Virus record (IMG/VR): IMGVR_UViG_3300023106_000012
Span: 1 to 57,157 of that record
DNA: 57,157 bases
Reading direction: 5' to 3' (one strand)
Source of the DNA: a virus
Position numbers and translations under genes: made by a program. Numbering within the stretch: the first letter of the stretch is position 1; each line of letters starts with the position of its first letter. Positions 15,643-24,286 of this stretch are shown one piece after another. Under the pieces are notes generated by a model, which searched no databases, was not told where the DNA came from, and saw only the letters and a list, made by a program, of their open reading frames with translations.

Positions 15643-16248
15643 TTAGAATATTTTTTTAGAGATTTTAACCCCGTAATACACCTCCTTTTTTGATGTATCA
15701 TATATTACTCCGGCACCGATACCGACATCATTCTTATAGATATAATCTATACCGGCGCTAACCGTGTTTAATTTCATTCCATCATTTAAATAAGCGCCTC
15801 CGGTAACATAAAACCCGGAACCGTTAACCGTTGTTTTTTCGGTTATGGTCTTGGTAACTGTCTTTTCGTTAACCTCTGCCTTTACCTTGTGCAAGTAAAC
15901 CTTGCCGTCTGCCGCTATCTCTGTATAGACTGTGGCGTTATCTAAGAGCGTTGTGTCTCTATACACCTGTAGCTCCTTAACGTTGCTTAAATCGCTTTCT
16001 TTTACGTCATTTATGTTTTTGACCTCCTCGACATGGTTATCAGGATAAATTATGTAGGGCCTCGTTTGAGCCGGCTGTTTAGCCAGGGCATTGTTGACCG
16101 CCTCGTCGATGGTTTTTTTTATATCAACCGTTTCGGTTGTGCTTGTTTCTTTCTCAACCGATTGTTGACCCTTACAATCCCTTAGCAATAAATAAGCGAT
16201 TACCAGGGCGAGGACAATGAGTAAAACTCTTTCTAAGGTTATTTTCAT
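15643..16248 (-). CDS. membrane-anchored envelope protein (spanin-like candidate)
   Basis: 201 aa from ATG 16248 (ORF track 16293, which would run through a terminator and promoter). N-terminal TM segment LLIVLALVIAYLLL. Beta-rich C-terminus ending in Phe. Confidence 0.6.
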   Translation of the reverse strand: MKITLERVLLIVLALVIAYLLLRDCKGQQSVEKETSTTETVDIKKTIDEAVNNALAKQPAQTRPYIIYPDNHVEEVKNINDVKESDLSNVKELQVYRDTTLLDNATVYTEIAADGKVYLHKVKAEVNEKTVTKTITEKTTVNGSGFYVTGGAYLNDGMKLNTVSAGIDYIYKNDVGIGAGVIYDTSKKEVYYGVKISKKIF

Positions 16249-16271
16249 TTGTATTGATTTTAAAGTTGATA

Positions 16272-16279
16272 CAAATGTA
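16272..16279 (-). promoter_or_regulatory. -7 box TACATTTG
   Basis: TAnnTTTG 23 nt upstream of ATG 16248, just after a terminator. Confidence 0.55.
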
Positions 16280-16282
16280 AAA

Positions 16283-16310
16283 TAAAAAACCACCGTTTTT
16301 TAGGCGGTGG
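16283..16310 (-). terminator. intrinsic terminator
   Basis: CCACCG-loop-CGGTGG followed by a T6 run, after the endolysin. Confidence 0.6.
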
Positions 16311-16357
16311 AAATTATTGAGCTATGGCGTGCCCCAAGAATGGTATTGCAAATGTAA

Positions 16358-17062
16358 TTAAATTTTTAGCTTTTGCCCTATTTTTATAACGGTTGACGTT
16401 AAATTATTTTTAGAATAAATATCGACTAAACTTACTTTGTAGGAGTTTGCTATTTTGCTAAGGGTGTCCCCTTTTACCACAACATGAATATGAGTAAAGG
16501 CCGGGGCAACTATTGCCGGGGATGGTGTTTTAATCGTTGGCAATATGTCCCGCCTATCAGGAGAGGTGTATTGTCTGTATTCGGTCATAGCTTCAAAACA
16601 AGGACATTCTTTTATACGCTCCCACGGCGCCACAACACCGTTGCCGTCTTTATCAGGGCTAAAATCACGATGCCCAACTATGCCCAGGCCTTTAGATATT
16701 ACTTTACCATTAGTTGCGAGATAATGCCTAATTTCCTGTATAACCTCAAGGATAGCAATTTTTTGCTCGGTTGTGCGCGTGTCTTTACCTTTCCAAATTA
16801 CTTGACCTCTTTTATCTATGCCGGCTTTCTCAACGCCTCCCTGGTAACAAATATTTATAATGTGAGAGTTATATCCGGCAACGCCGTTGGAGGGTGTGTT
16901 AAATGGCAGTAAATAATGTTTAGTACCATCGGTTTCTATAAATACGTGATAACCTGGAGTTTTCCAACCTAACGTATTTTTCCAAAAATCTTGCATACTC
17001 TTGAGGTTTCCAAAACCTGCCGACGTATGCACTACAATATCAGTTATTTGTGTCGCTAACAT
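16358..17062 (-). CDS. endolysin: N-acetylmuramoyl-L-alanine amidase (Amidase_2/PGRP) with C-terminal LysM
   Basis: 234 aa. HTSAG ... GYHVFI ... GHRDFSPD ... CPCF. LysM domain VVKGDTLSKIANSYKVSLVDIYSKNNL. Confidence 0.85.
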   Translation of the reverse strand: MLATQITDIVVHTSAGFGNLKSMQDFWKNTLGWKTPGYHVFIETDGTKHYLLPFNTPSNGVAGYNSHIINICYQGGVEKAGIDKRGQVIWKGKDTRTTEQKIAILEVIQEIRHYLATNGKVISKGLGIVGHRDFSPDKDGNGVVAPWERIKECPCFEAMTEYRQYTSPDRRDILPTIKTPSPAIVAPAFTHIHVVVKGDTLSKIANSYKVSLVDIYSKNNLTSTVIKIGQKLKI

Positions 17063-17085
17063 AATATAAATTTAAAGTTATGCAG

Positions 17086-17093
17086 CAAAGATA
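17086..17093 (-). promoter_or_regulatory. -7 box TATCTTTG upstream of the endolysin
   Basis: TAnnTTTG 23 nt upstream of ATG 17062. Confidence 0.5.
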
Positions 17094-17094
17094 T

Positions 17095-17451
17095 TTAATT
17101 TTCGTTTTGTTGGGCTTTAAAGAAAAGAGATAGTATAAGCGGGCAAAGCACGAGCCACAAACATATACTTGTGCTAACGGTGAGCTCGGTTCTTATTCTT
17201 ATCATTCCGCTGTATGCCTGGGAGAGTAGTCCCAGGCTTAAAACGATAAGTACAATTATTAAAATGAAAGACCAAATAAAATATTTGTGTTGCATTAGCC
17301 AGGCTATGCAAGTTTTGTCTCCATAAAAAAGACGCCGGCCAAAGCAAGTATAAAAACTAAATTTCATTCGGGAAACAATATACACCTGGGATAAGGCCAA
17401 GCCCCAAATAAAAATAATGTTGACATAATTAAGAAATTCTATTGCTGTCAT
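17095..17451 (-). CDS. multi-pass membrane protein (holin/antiholin candidate)
   Basis: 118 aa with 3-4 hydrophobic helices, directly upstream of the endolysin. Confidence 0.6.
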   Translation of the reverse strand: MTAIEFLNYVNIIFIWGLALSQVYIVSRMKFSFYTCFGRRLFYGDKTCIAWLMQHKYFIWSFILIIVLIVLSLGLLSQAYSGMIRIRTELTVSTSICLWLVLCPLILSLFFKAQQNEN

Positions 17452-17812
17452 GTTTTGCGGCTATTAAGTTGGCCCAGTTAACGAGCCATTTTTTAAATCC
17501 TATGGATGCTATTTTTATAACTTCATTTACAATCTCATTAGATAAAACCCCAATAAGGAAAGCCTCAACAATAGGGTTTTTTTCTATGCCCCAATTTTTA
17601 TAAGCTATGAGTAAAAGGTAAAACAATGATAGTGCATTAAAAACCATAACGAAAAACATCTTTGTTGTTAGGTTGTTACGGCTCCATTTATTAACTATCC
17701 GTAAACTCAATGCTATTGCCAAAACGATTATTACAGGTAACCTAAGCTCCGGCAAATCGTTGGTTTGTACCAAAGTTAGTAATACAGCTGCTTGGATAAT
17801 AGTTTTTAGCAT
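17429..17812 (-). CDS. multi-pass membrane protein (holin candidate)
   Basis: 127 aa with 3-4 TM helices. Has its own TAnnTTTG box 17 nt upstream. Confidence 0.6.
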   Translation of the reverse strand: MLKTIIQAAVLLTLVQTNDLPELRLPVIIVLAIALSLRIVNKWSRNNLTTKMFFVMVFNALSLFYLLLIAYKNWGIEKNPIVEAFLIGVLSNEIVNEVIKIASIGFKKWLVNWANLIAAKHDSNRIS

Positions 17813-17829
17813 TTCTTTAAAGGTTTAAG

Positions 17830-17837
17830 CAAAAGTA
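17830..17837 (-). promoter_or_regulatory. -7 box TACTTTTG
   Basis: TAnnTTTG 17 nt upstream of ATG 17812, after terminator 17851..17881. Confidence 0.55.
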
Positions 17838-17850
17838 AATAAATCTTTTA

Positions 17851-17881
17851 ATAAAAATGCCCGCATTACAAATACGGGCAT
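17851..17881 (-). terminator. intrinsic terminator
   Basis: ATGCCCG-loop-CGGGCAT followed by a T5 run. Confidence 0.6.
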
Positions 17882-17893
17882 TTAATCTGATTT

Positions 17894-18205
17894 TTATGTA
17901 TTTTGTCGAGGTATTGCCTCTTTTACCTTTCGGGCGGTATTATGCACATTTTCGCCTTTATCCTTTTCCGGTACGGTTATAACCTTGCCGGCGTTAAAGA
18001 AATTTAAAGTAAGATAACCTACCGTTGTTTTCCAGGAAATACCAACAATTTCCCGGTAATTAAGAATGAAATCCCCGCCGTCGACCCAAGTTGTAATTGT
18101 TTCCTGTATGATAGGAATAACAGCGACTATTATACCCAAAATAAGACCTCGTATAAGGTCTCTCATATTAAGGGTAAACTGATTAGATGTAATAATTGTA
18201 GCCAT
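17894..18205 (-). CDS. membrane protein
   Basis: 103 aa from ATG 18205 (MATIITSNQ; ORF track 18277). One TM segment LILGIIVAVIPII. Confidence 0.55.
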   Translation of the reverse strand: MATIITSNQFTLNMRDLIRGLILGIIVAVIPIIQETITTWVDGGDFILNYREIVGISWKTTVGYLTLNFFNAGKVITVPEKDKGENVHNTARKVKEAIPRQNT

Positions 18206-18222
18206 AAAAATATATTTAAGAT

Positions 18223-18567
18223 TTATTTTTTGTAGTAAGGTAGGTCGAACGCTCTTATAGCAAAAAAAGCATAACACCCGATAGCGATTGTTGTACCAAT
18301 AGAATATTTTAATAGAGAATATTCGTAAGGGTCTCCAAAGAGCTCGTTGAGTAAATTGTATGTTGCGAGTGAGATTGCAAAAATTCTAATGAAGTTTATT
18401 TTGTTTTGCAAATAATAATCAATAGCAATTATCAGCGCCGCTAATGATAGTAAAATTGCAAAAATATCTCTCTCTATCTCGTCAAATATTTTAAACAAAG
18501 GCACCTCTCTTAATTGGTAGGCGGCCAAAACTATTATGACCGCCAAACCTAATAAGTACTTACGCAT
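18223..18567 (-). CDS. membrane protein
   Basis: 114 aa from ATG 18567 (MRKYLLGLAVIIV; ORF track 18603). 3 TM helices. Confidence 0.6.
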   Translation of the reverse strand: MRKYLLGLAVIIVLAAYQLREVPLFKIFDEIERDIFAILLSLAALIIAIDYYLQNKINFIRIFAISLATYNLLNELFGDPYEYSLLKYSIGTTIAIGCYAFFAIRAFDLPYYKK

Positions 18568-18568
18568 T

Positions 18569-18700
18569 TTAAGGCGTCCTCTTTTTTCGTGCCCCAATAA
18601 CAAAGCCCGCGGCTTTTAATGCCGTCTCGGCATCGGTTAGAGCTTGTAATTTTACCGGGTCGGTTGTGTCATCGTAAGTAATGAATGCTTCGGGTTGCAT
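18569..18700 (-). CDS. small hypothetical protein (below the ORF-track cutoff)
   Basis: Hand-translated 43 aa: MQPEAFITYDDTTDPVKLQALTDAETALKAAGFVIGARKKRTP. Follows the -7 box at 18734..18741. Confidence 0.35.
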   Translation of the reverse strand: MQPEAFITYDDTTDPVKLQALTDAETALKAAGFVIGARKKRTP

Positions 18701-18733
18701 AACTGTAAAATTTAGTTAATAATATGTTAGGGG

Positions 18734-18741
18734 CAAATATA
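18734..18741 (-). promoter_or_regulatory. -7 box TATATTTG followed by CCCC
   Basis: After terminator 18772..18795, with TTG about 20 nt upstream. Confidence 0.55.
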
Positions 18742-18771
18742 GCCATTTTGTTTAAGCCAACAAAAAGGTAT

Positions 18772-18795
18772 AAAAAAACCGGCTCGAGGCCGGTT
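18772..18795 (-). terminator. intrinsic terminator
   Basis: AACCGGC-ctcga-GCCGGTT followed by a T7 run. Confidence 0.7.
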
Positions 18796-18798
18796 TGA

Positions 18799-19149
18799 TT
18801 ATGATTGGTGTTTTCTAAAATAAAACACATTCAGCAAAAATAAAATTAGTGCTGTAGCGTAATACCAGGGCGTTGGATGTATGAATGAAACCCCGGCCGA
18901 TACAATTACGGCGGTAAAAAATGCAGCTTTCTCCTCCATTGCGTCATTGGTCTTTGGGTGTGCCAAAAAAGAGTTTTGTATCAGGTTCCAAGATTTTTGA
19001 AGTCCCCAACCAAAAACGACGCCGATTACAAAGCCAACAATTTTTAAACCGAAATCAAATTGTTTATAATCGTTCATCCAGTAAAGAGAATAAGGAACGA
19101 GTAACACGCCCGTAATGCCGTTAATAATGTTTGTTAAGATTTTTTTCAT
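18799..19149 (-). CDS. multi-pass membrane protein
   Basis: 116 aa with 4 hydrophobic helices and its own -7 box. Confidence 0.65.
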   Translation of the reverse strand: MKKILTNIINGITGVLLVPYSLYWMNDYKQFDFGLKIVGFVIGVVFGWGLQKSWNLIQNSFLAHPKTNDAMEEKAAFFTAVIVSAGVSFIHPTPWYYATALILFLLNVFYFRKHQS

Positions 19150-19166
19150 TGTAAAAGTGTTTTATA

Positions 19167-19174
19167 CAAATATA
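19167..19174 (-). promoter_or_regulatory. -7 box TATATTTG
   Basis: 17 nt upstream of ATG 19149. Confidence 0.5.
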
Positions 19175-19179
19175 CTCTT

Positions 19180-19539
19180 TTACCTTATCCGTACCCACAT
19201 TTGCAAGTCGCTAAACCAAACCCAACAACCAGGGCTTGTAATACTGATGGTGGTTAACATACCTAAAATTTGACCGACATTAGTTACTAAGCTCAAGGCG
19301 GTAATGCCGCTCTTTGAGCAAAAAATTACAAATTGTCCGTCCCTCGGATTTGCCGGGAAATTTAAACTAATGCTTAAGGCCAAAGTGTTTGAGTTGTGAA
19401 AAACAATAACGTCTTGTTGGGTGTCCTGTATTGTTATTGTTTGGCCGGTGGTAGCTGTAGAAATTTGCCTAACCCAACCCGTTTGCGAGTGCCCCATTAA
19501 GCTAAAAAGCAATAAGGAGAAAAACATAAATTTTTTCAT
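19180..19539 (-). CDS. secreted small protein resembling the C-terminal module of the fibre protein
   Basis: 119 aa. Signal peptide MKKFMFFSLLLFSLMGHSQ. The body shares a pattern (GQFVIF..K.GITAL ... W.W ... MWVRI) with the repeated C-terminal modules of 19620..22703. Confidence 0.65.
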   Translation of the reverse strand: MKKFMFFSLLLFSLMGHSQTGWVRQISTATTGQTITIQDTQQDVIVFHNSNTLALSISLNFPANPRDGQFVIFCSKSGITALSLVTNVGQILGMLTTISITSPGCWVWFSDLQMWVRIR

Positions 19540-19570
19540 AATATTAGCATTTATAATATTATGTAAAAGA

Positions 19571-19608
19571 ACAAAAACCCTAAAAGTGTTGTATTACTTT
19601 TAGGGTTT
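19571..19608 (-). terminator. intrinsic terminator (13-bp stem)
   Basis: AAACCCTAAAAGT-loop-ACTTTTAGGGTTT followed by TTGTTCTTTT, after the fibre gene. Confidence 0.7.
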
Positions 19609-19619
19609 TATTAAGATTG

Positions 19620-22600
19620 TTATTGGCCTACAATTATATAATTGCTACCATCCTTTTGTAATCGCATAAAGCTATTTGTAACATTTAGGGTTTTTGAAGT
19701 AACCCCGTCGATTGTACCACCGCCTACAACATTTATCGTTACCGTACCGGTACCTATGTCTTTAACAACATATTCGTAAGTATCGGGCACTCCTGAAACT
19801 AATAATGATACCGTTAATGTGCCGTTAGCCTTTATAGTTTTTACGGTTGCGGTTGTGGTATAATTTACGGTTGTAGTAATCAAAGCCCCGTTAGGGTTGC
19901 TATATTCTAAGACCTTATAGTTTGTCCCGTCCGCAACCAAGTATAAATAACCGCCGTTTGAAATAGTGTAGTTTGATGCTGCAAGGCCGTTTATTGTTTG
20001 CCCCGCCATAGTAACAACACCAGTGCCGTTATTTATTATATAGAATTTTTTGCCGGCAAAAGTAGAACCTAAAGCCGGCGTGGTTAATGTAGACGCCGTA
20101 CTTGCGGTATACTCAACAACGTCGTCAGTAGATAGTAGTGTATAAGAGACAGTTTTTGCAACGTATGACCTTATAGCCAATATATTTCCGTAAACCCTGC
20201 CTATATTTGTTGCCAAGCCAGTACTTGAGGTAGGTGCGGTTGAAGATACGGTAAATACGCCGCCAGTAGAGGGAGCATAACCGGGGTTAGTGTTTTTTAG
20301 TATTTTAGTTGTAGCGTCAATTGTAAGATACAAATCTGAAATATTTGAACTGGCAGTAGGGTTTACAGGAATAGTAACAACACCCAAACTTGTATTCCCG
20401 GTAAACGTTTTATCCCCTGCTATAGTTTCGTTTCCTGTATTATTTACTTTACCGTCTAAAGCTGTTTTCACAACATTATTAGCCGGTGCGCCGTCCGTAT
20501 TGGTGCTTATTGACGTGTTTAGCTTTAAAATACCGTTAGTTGTGTTAGTTGCAAGAGGTACAGACCCGCCGCCCGATATTACAATATCTACATTCCTTGT
20601 AGATAAATCGGCTGTCATTGGTGTGCCTCCATTTATAGAAATACTATTTATAGGCAACCCTGTAACACCATTAACATTAAGAGCACTTGTAGTTAATGTT
20701 GAAGTTGTTACTGAACTTGGTGTTATGGCATCCTGCGTGAATTGAGATAATTTTTGTTTAATCGCTATTTTATTAAATCTATTGTAAACTAAACCTCCCG
20801 CGCTGCCCACCGTAGTAACAAGTGTGGAGTTACTAAAATCATTGTATTTTATTTTGTGTGTGCCAAACACTCCAGTTACAGTGCTCTCATTGAAAATATA
20901 TAAAAAACCATCTTTATTTATAGTGTTATCATCTGTTATAGCACTGTCAAATTGCTTTTCAGCATTAGCACCGTCAACCTGCAATGTTTGTAAGTCTATT
21001 CTAACCATGTGCTTAATGGCAAGGCTGCTTGTGATTATCAATTTTCCGTTAAAAACTGTCATCCAATGTGCATCATAAGCAATGGACCCGGTTCCTGTAT
21101 TTGTTAAATTTATTTCCGGTCCTTGCCTTAGTAGCACACCGTCCAAACTATAAACATTCACACTCATTTTTTTATTCTGTCCGTCATAAGCCTTTGATAT
21201 ATAGATTTCCCCATTGTATATAACAAATGGTTGCCCGTTACCTTGGTCAAGATAATTTGCAATAACGGTATAGCCGTTTAGATTTTCGTCAAATCTTATT
21301 ATTTTTTGGCTGTACGGCGTTGGTCCACAATATGCTATAGTATAAAGATATTCATTATAACCCTCAATATCATTCATCCCTAACACATTTTCACCGGTTG
21401 GAAATGTTAAGGTTTTTTGGTCAGCTAAATCATAAGGGTTTACTTTAACTACCATATTTCCGTTTGCATTCACACCAAATATAAAACCGTTATGAAAGGT
21501 AGTGCCGTGAATACGGTAAGGAATATTTATAAGGCTTTGTGTCATTTTATCCCAAGTGAGCACATTGTTTACTAACCTACAATTGTACAAAACCATAATG
21601 TACGGTTGATTTGTAGATGATGTTGTTGAGCCACTACTTAATAAAAATAAGTCGTTTCCATTTCTCAATATTTCATTGAAAACCTGTGCGGGTCGTGTTA
21701 TCGTAACGTATTGTGATAATTGTGTTGAGTTAACTACATCAACATCACGCGGTAAATACCTAACATTATAAGCCTGTGCGTTATTACCCCAAATTATAAA
21801 ATCTTCCGGCAAACTTGTAATTCTTTTAAGGTCGTCAAATGTAACGTTTGCTCCCGAAAGTTCTAACATACCGCTTGTAGCAGAATATACAAATTTTAAG
21901 GATTTACCGGGATATAATGCTGTATATGTGCCGTTCGTTATAGTAGCCCCGTTAGGTATATTAAATCGCAATCCTGATACTGTAGTGCTCCCAAAATTAT
22001 AAGTAGAATTGTATAAGTAAATATTACTCTCGATAAGGGGGTCCGTAGAAATAGTTGCATTAGTGATAATATATTCTTTTCCCGGATAAGCGTTAGGGTC
22101 ATTAATAGAATAAACATTAAGACTTGAATTATTAGCCGCCGCCCATCGCATAGTTTTTTTTGTTCCCCAGTTTAGGTTTGCTATTGTTCCTGTATCTGAA
22201 AATACTTGCTCACCCTCATTAGTTTTTAAAACGGCGGTTTGTAAATCCTGTAACCTAACGGCATCCCCTGGATTTACAGGAGCGCCAACACCAAAAGGGC
22301 TATCTATTTGCGCACTATCCGCATTACCGCTTATTGTATTTTCTCCTGCGGATATTGACCAAAACCCATCCGTCAACGATAAATTGCTATAAGTAGAGCC
22401 GCTGCCATGTGTGAAATCAATAGGCGTGTTTACGCTAATTGTTGAGCCATTTGTTGCAGCCGATTGAAGCGTTACAGGCGTAATCAAAGGAGAAAGTATA
22501 GAGGCTAAATAACCCCAAGTTACACGCCTAACCATGCCTTTTGTATCTGTTGTTCCTGTTTTCTGCCTTACTAATACATCAACTGTTGTACTATCGTTTA

Positions 22601-22703
22601 CAGTTGTAGGAGTGTTTTTAATACGTAGGCTTGTAACCTCATATTGCGCATTCGATATTTGAAATACAAATAATACCGATAAAATGTAAAAAAGTTTTTT
22701 CAT
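19620..22703 (-). CDS. tail-fibre-like protein with N-terminal Sec-type signal peptide
   Basis: 1027 aa. MKKLFYILSVLFVFQISNAQ. Fibre-type segment ATNTTNGILKLNT ... GNETIAGDKTFTGNTSLG. Two C-terminal beta modules. Confidence 0.7.
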   Translation of the reverse strand: MKKLFYILSVLFVFQISNAQYEVTSLRIKNTPTTVNDSTTVDVLVRQKTGTTDTKGMVRRVTWGYLASILSPLITPVTLQSAATNGSTISVNTPIDFTHGSGSTYSNLSLTDGFWSISAGENTISGNADSAQIDSPFGVGAPVNPGDAVRLQDLQTAVLKTNEGEQVFSDTGTIANLNWGTKKTMRWAAANNSSLNVYSINDPNAYPGKEYIITNATISTDPLIESNIYLYNSTYNFGSTTVSGLRFNIPNGATITNGTYTALYPGKSLKFVYSATSGMLELSGANVTFDDLKRITSLPEDFIIWGNNAQAYNVRYLPRDVDVVNSTQLSQYVTITRPAQVFNEILRNGNDLFLLSSGSTTSSTNQPYIMVLYNCRLVNNVLTWDKMTQSLINIPYRIHGTTFHNGFIFGVNANGNMVVKVNPYDLADQKTLTFPTGENVLGMNDIEGYNEYLYTIAYCGPTPYSQKIIRFDENLNGYTVIANYLDQGNGQPFVIYNGEIYISKAYDGQNKKMSVNVYSLDGVLLRQGPEINLTNTGTGSIAYDAHWMTVFNGKLIITSSLAIKHMVRIDLQTLQVDGANAEKQFDSAITDDNTINKDGFLYIFNESTVTGVFGTHKIKYNDFSNSTLVTTVGSAGGLVYNRFNKIAIKQKLSQFTQDAITPSSVTTSTLTTSALNVNGVTGLPINSISINGGTPMTADLSTRNVDIVISGGGSVPLATNTTNGILKLNTSISTNTDGAPANNVVKTALDGKVNNTGNETIAGDKTFTGNTSLGVVTIPVNPTASSNISDLYLTIDATTKILKNTNPGYAPSTGGVFTVSSTAPTSSTGLATNIGRVYGNILAIRSYVAKTVSYTLLSTDDVVEYTASTASTLTTPALGSTFAGKKFYIINNGTGVVTMAGQTINGLAASNYTISNGGYLYLVADGTNYKVLEYSNPNGALITTTVNYTTTATVKTIKANGTLTVSLLVSGVPDTYEYVVKDIGTGTVTINVVGGGTIDGVTSKTLNVTNSFMRLQKDGSNYIIVGQ

Positions 22704-22705
22704 AA

Positions 22706-22939
22706 TTAATTTGTTGTTGCATTGTTAAGAGTTGATAGTTTTTTTTTCACAACTGTACGAGTTATCATTTCAGTAATAATTTGCTCGTTATCGTTCACAT
22801 CAAAAATATTGGAACTTGTTACGGTTTCTGTTGTTTCCTCCGTTCTCTCTATTTTTTGCCCGCCTATTGTTTCAGTTATCCAAACTAAATTTTGGTTTTC
22901 GCTGTCCTGCATTTTAATAATGCTTGGTAGTACATCCAT
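22706..22939 (-). CDS. hypothetical protein
   Basis: 77 aa, T/E-rich, the first gene after the promoter at 22967..22974. Confidence 0.55.
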   Translation of the reverse strand: MDVLPSIIKMQDSENQNLVWITETIGGQKIERTEETTETVTSSNIFDVNDNEQIITEMITRTVVKKKLSTLNNATTN

Positions 22940-22966
22940 ATAAAATTATTTAATGTTAATATATGC

Positions 22967-22974
22967 CAAAAGTA
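22967..22974 (-). promoter_or_regulatory. -7 box TACTTTTG (fibre operon)
   Basis: After terminator 22976..23003, and 27 nt upstream of ATG 22939. Confidence 0.55.
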
Positions 22975-22975
22975 A

Positions 22976-23003
22976 CAAAAAAAGCCAATCGCAATGATTG
23001 GCT
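22976..23003 (-). terminator. intrinsic terminator, end of the structural operon
   Basis: AGCCAATC-loop-GATTGGCT followed by a T7 run. An A-run on the other side makes it look bidirectional. Confidence 0.75.
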
Positions 23004-23009
23004 TTTTTA

Positions 23010-24272
23010 TTATTCGGGGGCTTCATATCCGGGCTCTCCTGGTATTTTAACCTTTACTCTCGTCTCAAATGCCATATTGTCGAGAGTTGTTGGCATAACG
23101 TTTGTTTCCGGGCCGTAATATCTCATAGGCATTATAAAACCGCCGTCTCCATCTATCGCAAAAAATCTATCACCTTTTTCATGTAGAGAGAAAGGTCCGG
23201 TATTGTATGTAATTCCCTCCTCGGTTTCAATATATCCTTTACCCAATTTTTTAATCTGTTTATCGTCTATTCTAAATCCAACACCTAACAAATCACTTTC
23301 GGTTAAAATGTTTTCCTCATTACGTCCGGCCGGGAAATATATTTTTGACGGGCCACCGGCCGCGGGGTCTCTAAATCCGACGGATATTGCATTAAACCCA
23401 GTCCCCGAATAGTCAAAGCCATAATATCCGTATTTTGTTTTCTGTCCTCCAAAAAGATGTATAGCAAGCCTACTCGTTACATTGCCCTGGCCAAGTACGC
23501 TATCGTAGTTTTGCAGCGCCGGGCCGGGCTCTGTATCTGAATTTGTTATATAAGCAAAATCCTCCTCTTGGAACTCGGTACCATCGGCGCCGTACTCTCC
23601 AGGCTCACCGATAAACATGACCAACGTAAGCACATCGTCAACCGTGTATGTAAAATAATTTTGAATACCGTCGTCGGTAAAATCATAATTGGCCAGGTTG
23701 ACCGTTGGGAGAAAATTTGTGTCGTTTCCAATGTCTCCCAAAGCTGTTATGTTAGTCGTGTCGCTTGGTGCAATATCGGCCGGCTGCAAGTTTTCAGGAG
23801 GTAGCATATAAAGCATATTGGCGTTTATATCCTCACCATTTGCCCCCCAATTACCTTTTCCACCCAAAAACAAAAATGTATAACGGTAAGTTGGCACAAA
23901 AGTATAATTTCCAGGCTCGGAAACTCCAGGAGGCGGCATGAATTTTATTGCGTTTAAAACAACTGGAGTTTGTTTTTCAGTTATACTAAAACCATAGGTT
24001 TCGTTAACTTGGCTCACAGCCTCGGCAATAGCCCCAGGTTGGGTAAAAGGGCCAAGGTCAATCCGGCGGCCAATATTATTTTGGTCAACAAAATCCTCTC
24101 GAGACTGTTTTTGGCTTTGTCCGTTTTCGCCCTCGTCCTCGTTCCATACTGCAACATATTTGCCGCCGGTGGTAGCCGCCGGCAACTCGTCAATTCTCTT
24201 GGAGTTTGTAACAACCCTATTAATAAATTCATTAATACGAGTTAGGTTTTGAATTATAAAAGTTAAATCCAT
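23010..24272 (-). CDS. tail/baseplate structural protein
   Basis: 420 aa, the last gene of the long structural operon. Called by position only. Confidence 0.55.
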   Translation of the reverse strand: MDLTFIIQNLTRINEFINRVVTNSKRIDELPAATTGGKYVAVWNEDEGENGQSQKQSREDFVDQNNIGRRIDLGPFTQPGAIAEAVSQVNETYGFSITEKQTPVVLNAIKFMPPPGVSEPGNYTFVPTYRYTFLFLGGKGNWGANGEDINANMLYMLPPENLQPADIAPSDTTNITALGDIGNDTNFLPTVNLANYDFTDDGIQNYFTYTVDDVLTLVMFIGEPGEYGADGTEFQEEDFAYITNSDTEPGPALQNYDSVLGQGNVTSRLAIHLFGGQKTKYGYYGFDYSGTGFNAISVGFRDPAAGGPSKIYFPAGRNEENILTESDLLGVGFRIDDKQIKKLGKGYIETEEGITYNTGPFSLHEKGDRFFAIDGDGGFIMPMRYYGPETNVMPTTLDNMAFETRVKVKIPGEPGYEAPE

Positions 24273-24286
24273 CGTCTTTATTTTAA

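Noticed and set aside
15498-15701. Minus-strand ORF 15498..15701 (67 aa), and nested minus-strand ORFs such as 6686..6973, 3585..3803, 39039..39299 and 52337..52555.
   Set aside because: They overlap better-supported genes in another frame, or run through a non-coding regulatory region. Their composition is basic and low in complexity, typical of out-of-frame reading.
19180-19900. The similar distal modules of the fibre protein and the 119-aa protein as a diversity-generating retroelement template/variable repeat pair.
   Set aside because: The similarity is only at the protein-pattern level, with no extended nucleotide identity. No reverse transcriptase gene is present in the genome.
22739-22747. 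A9/T9 and T8 runs in the fibre-operon genes (22739..22747, 22154..22161) as phase-variation tracts.
   Set aside because: A/T homopolymers of this length encode Lys runs and are common in this AT-rich genome. Unlike the unique G9 tract, they do not stand out from background.
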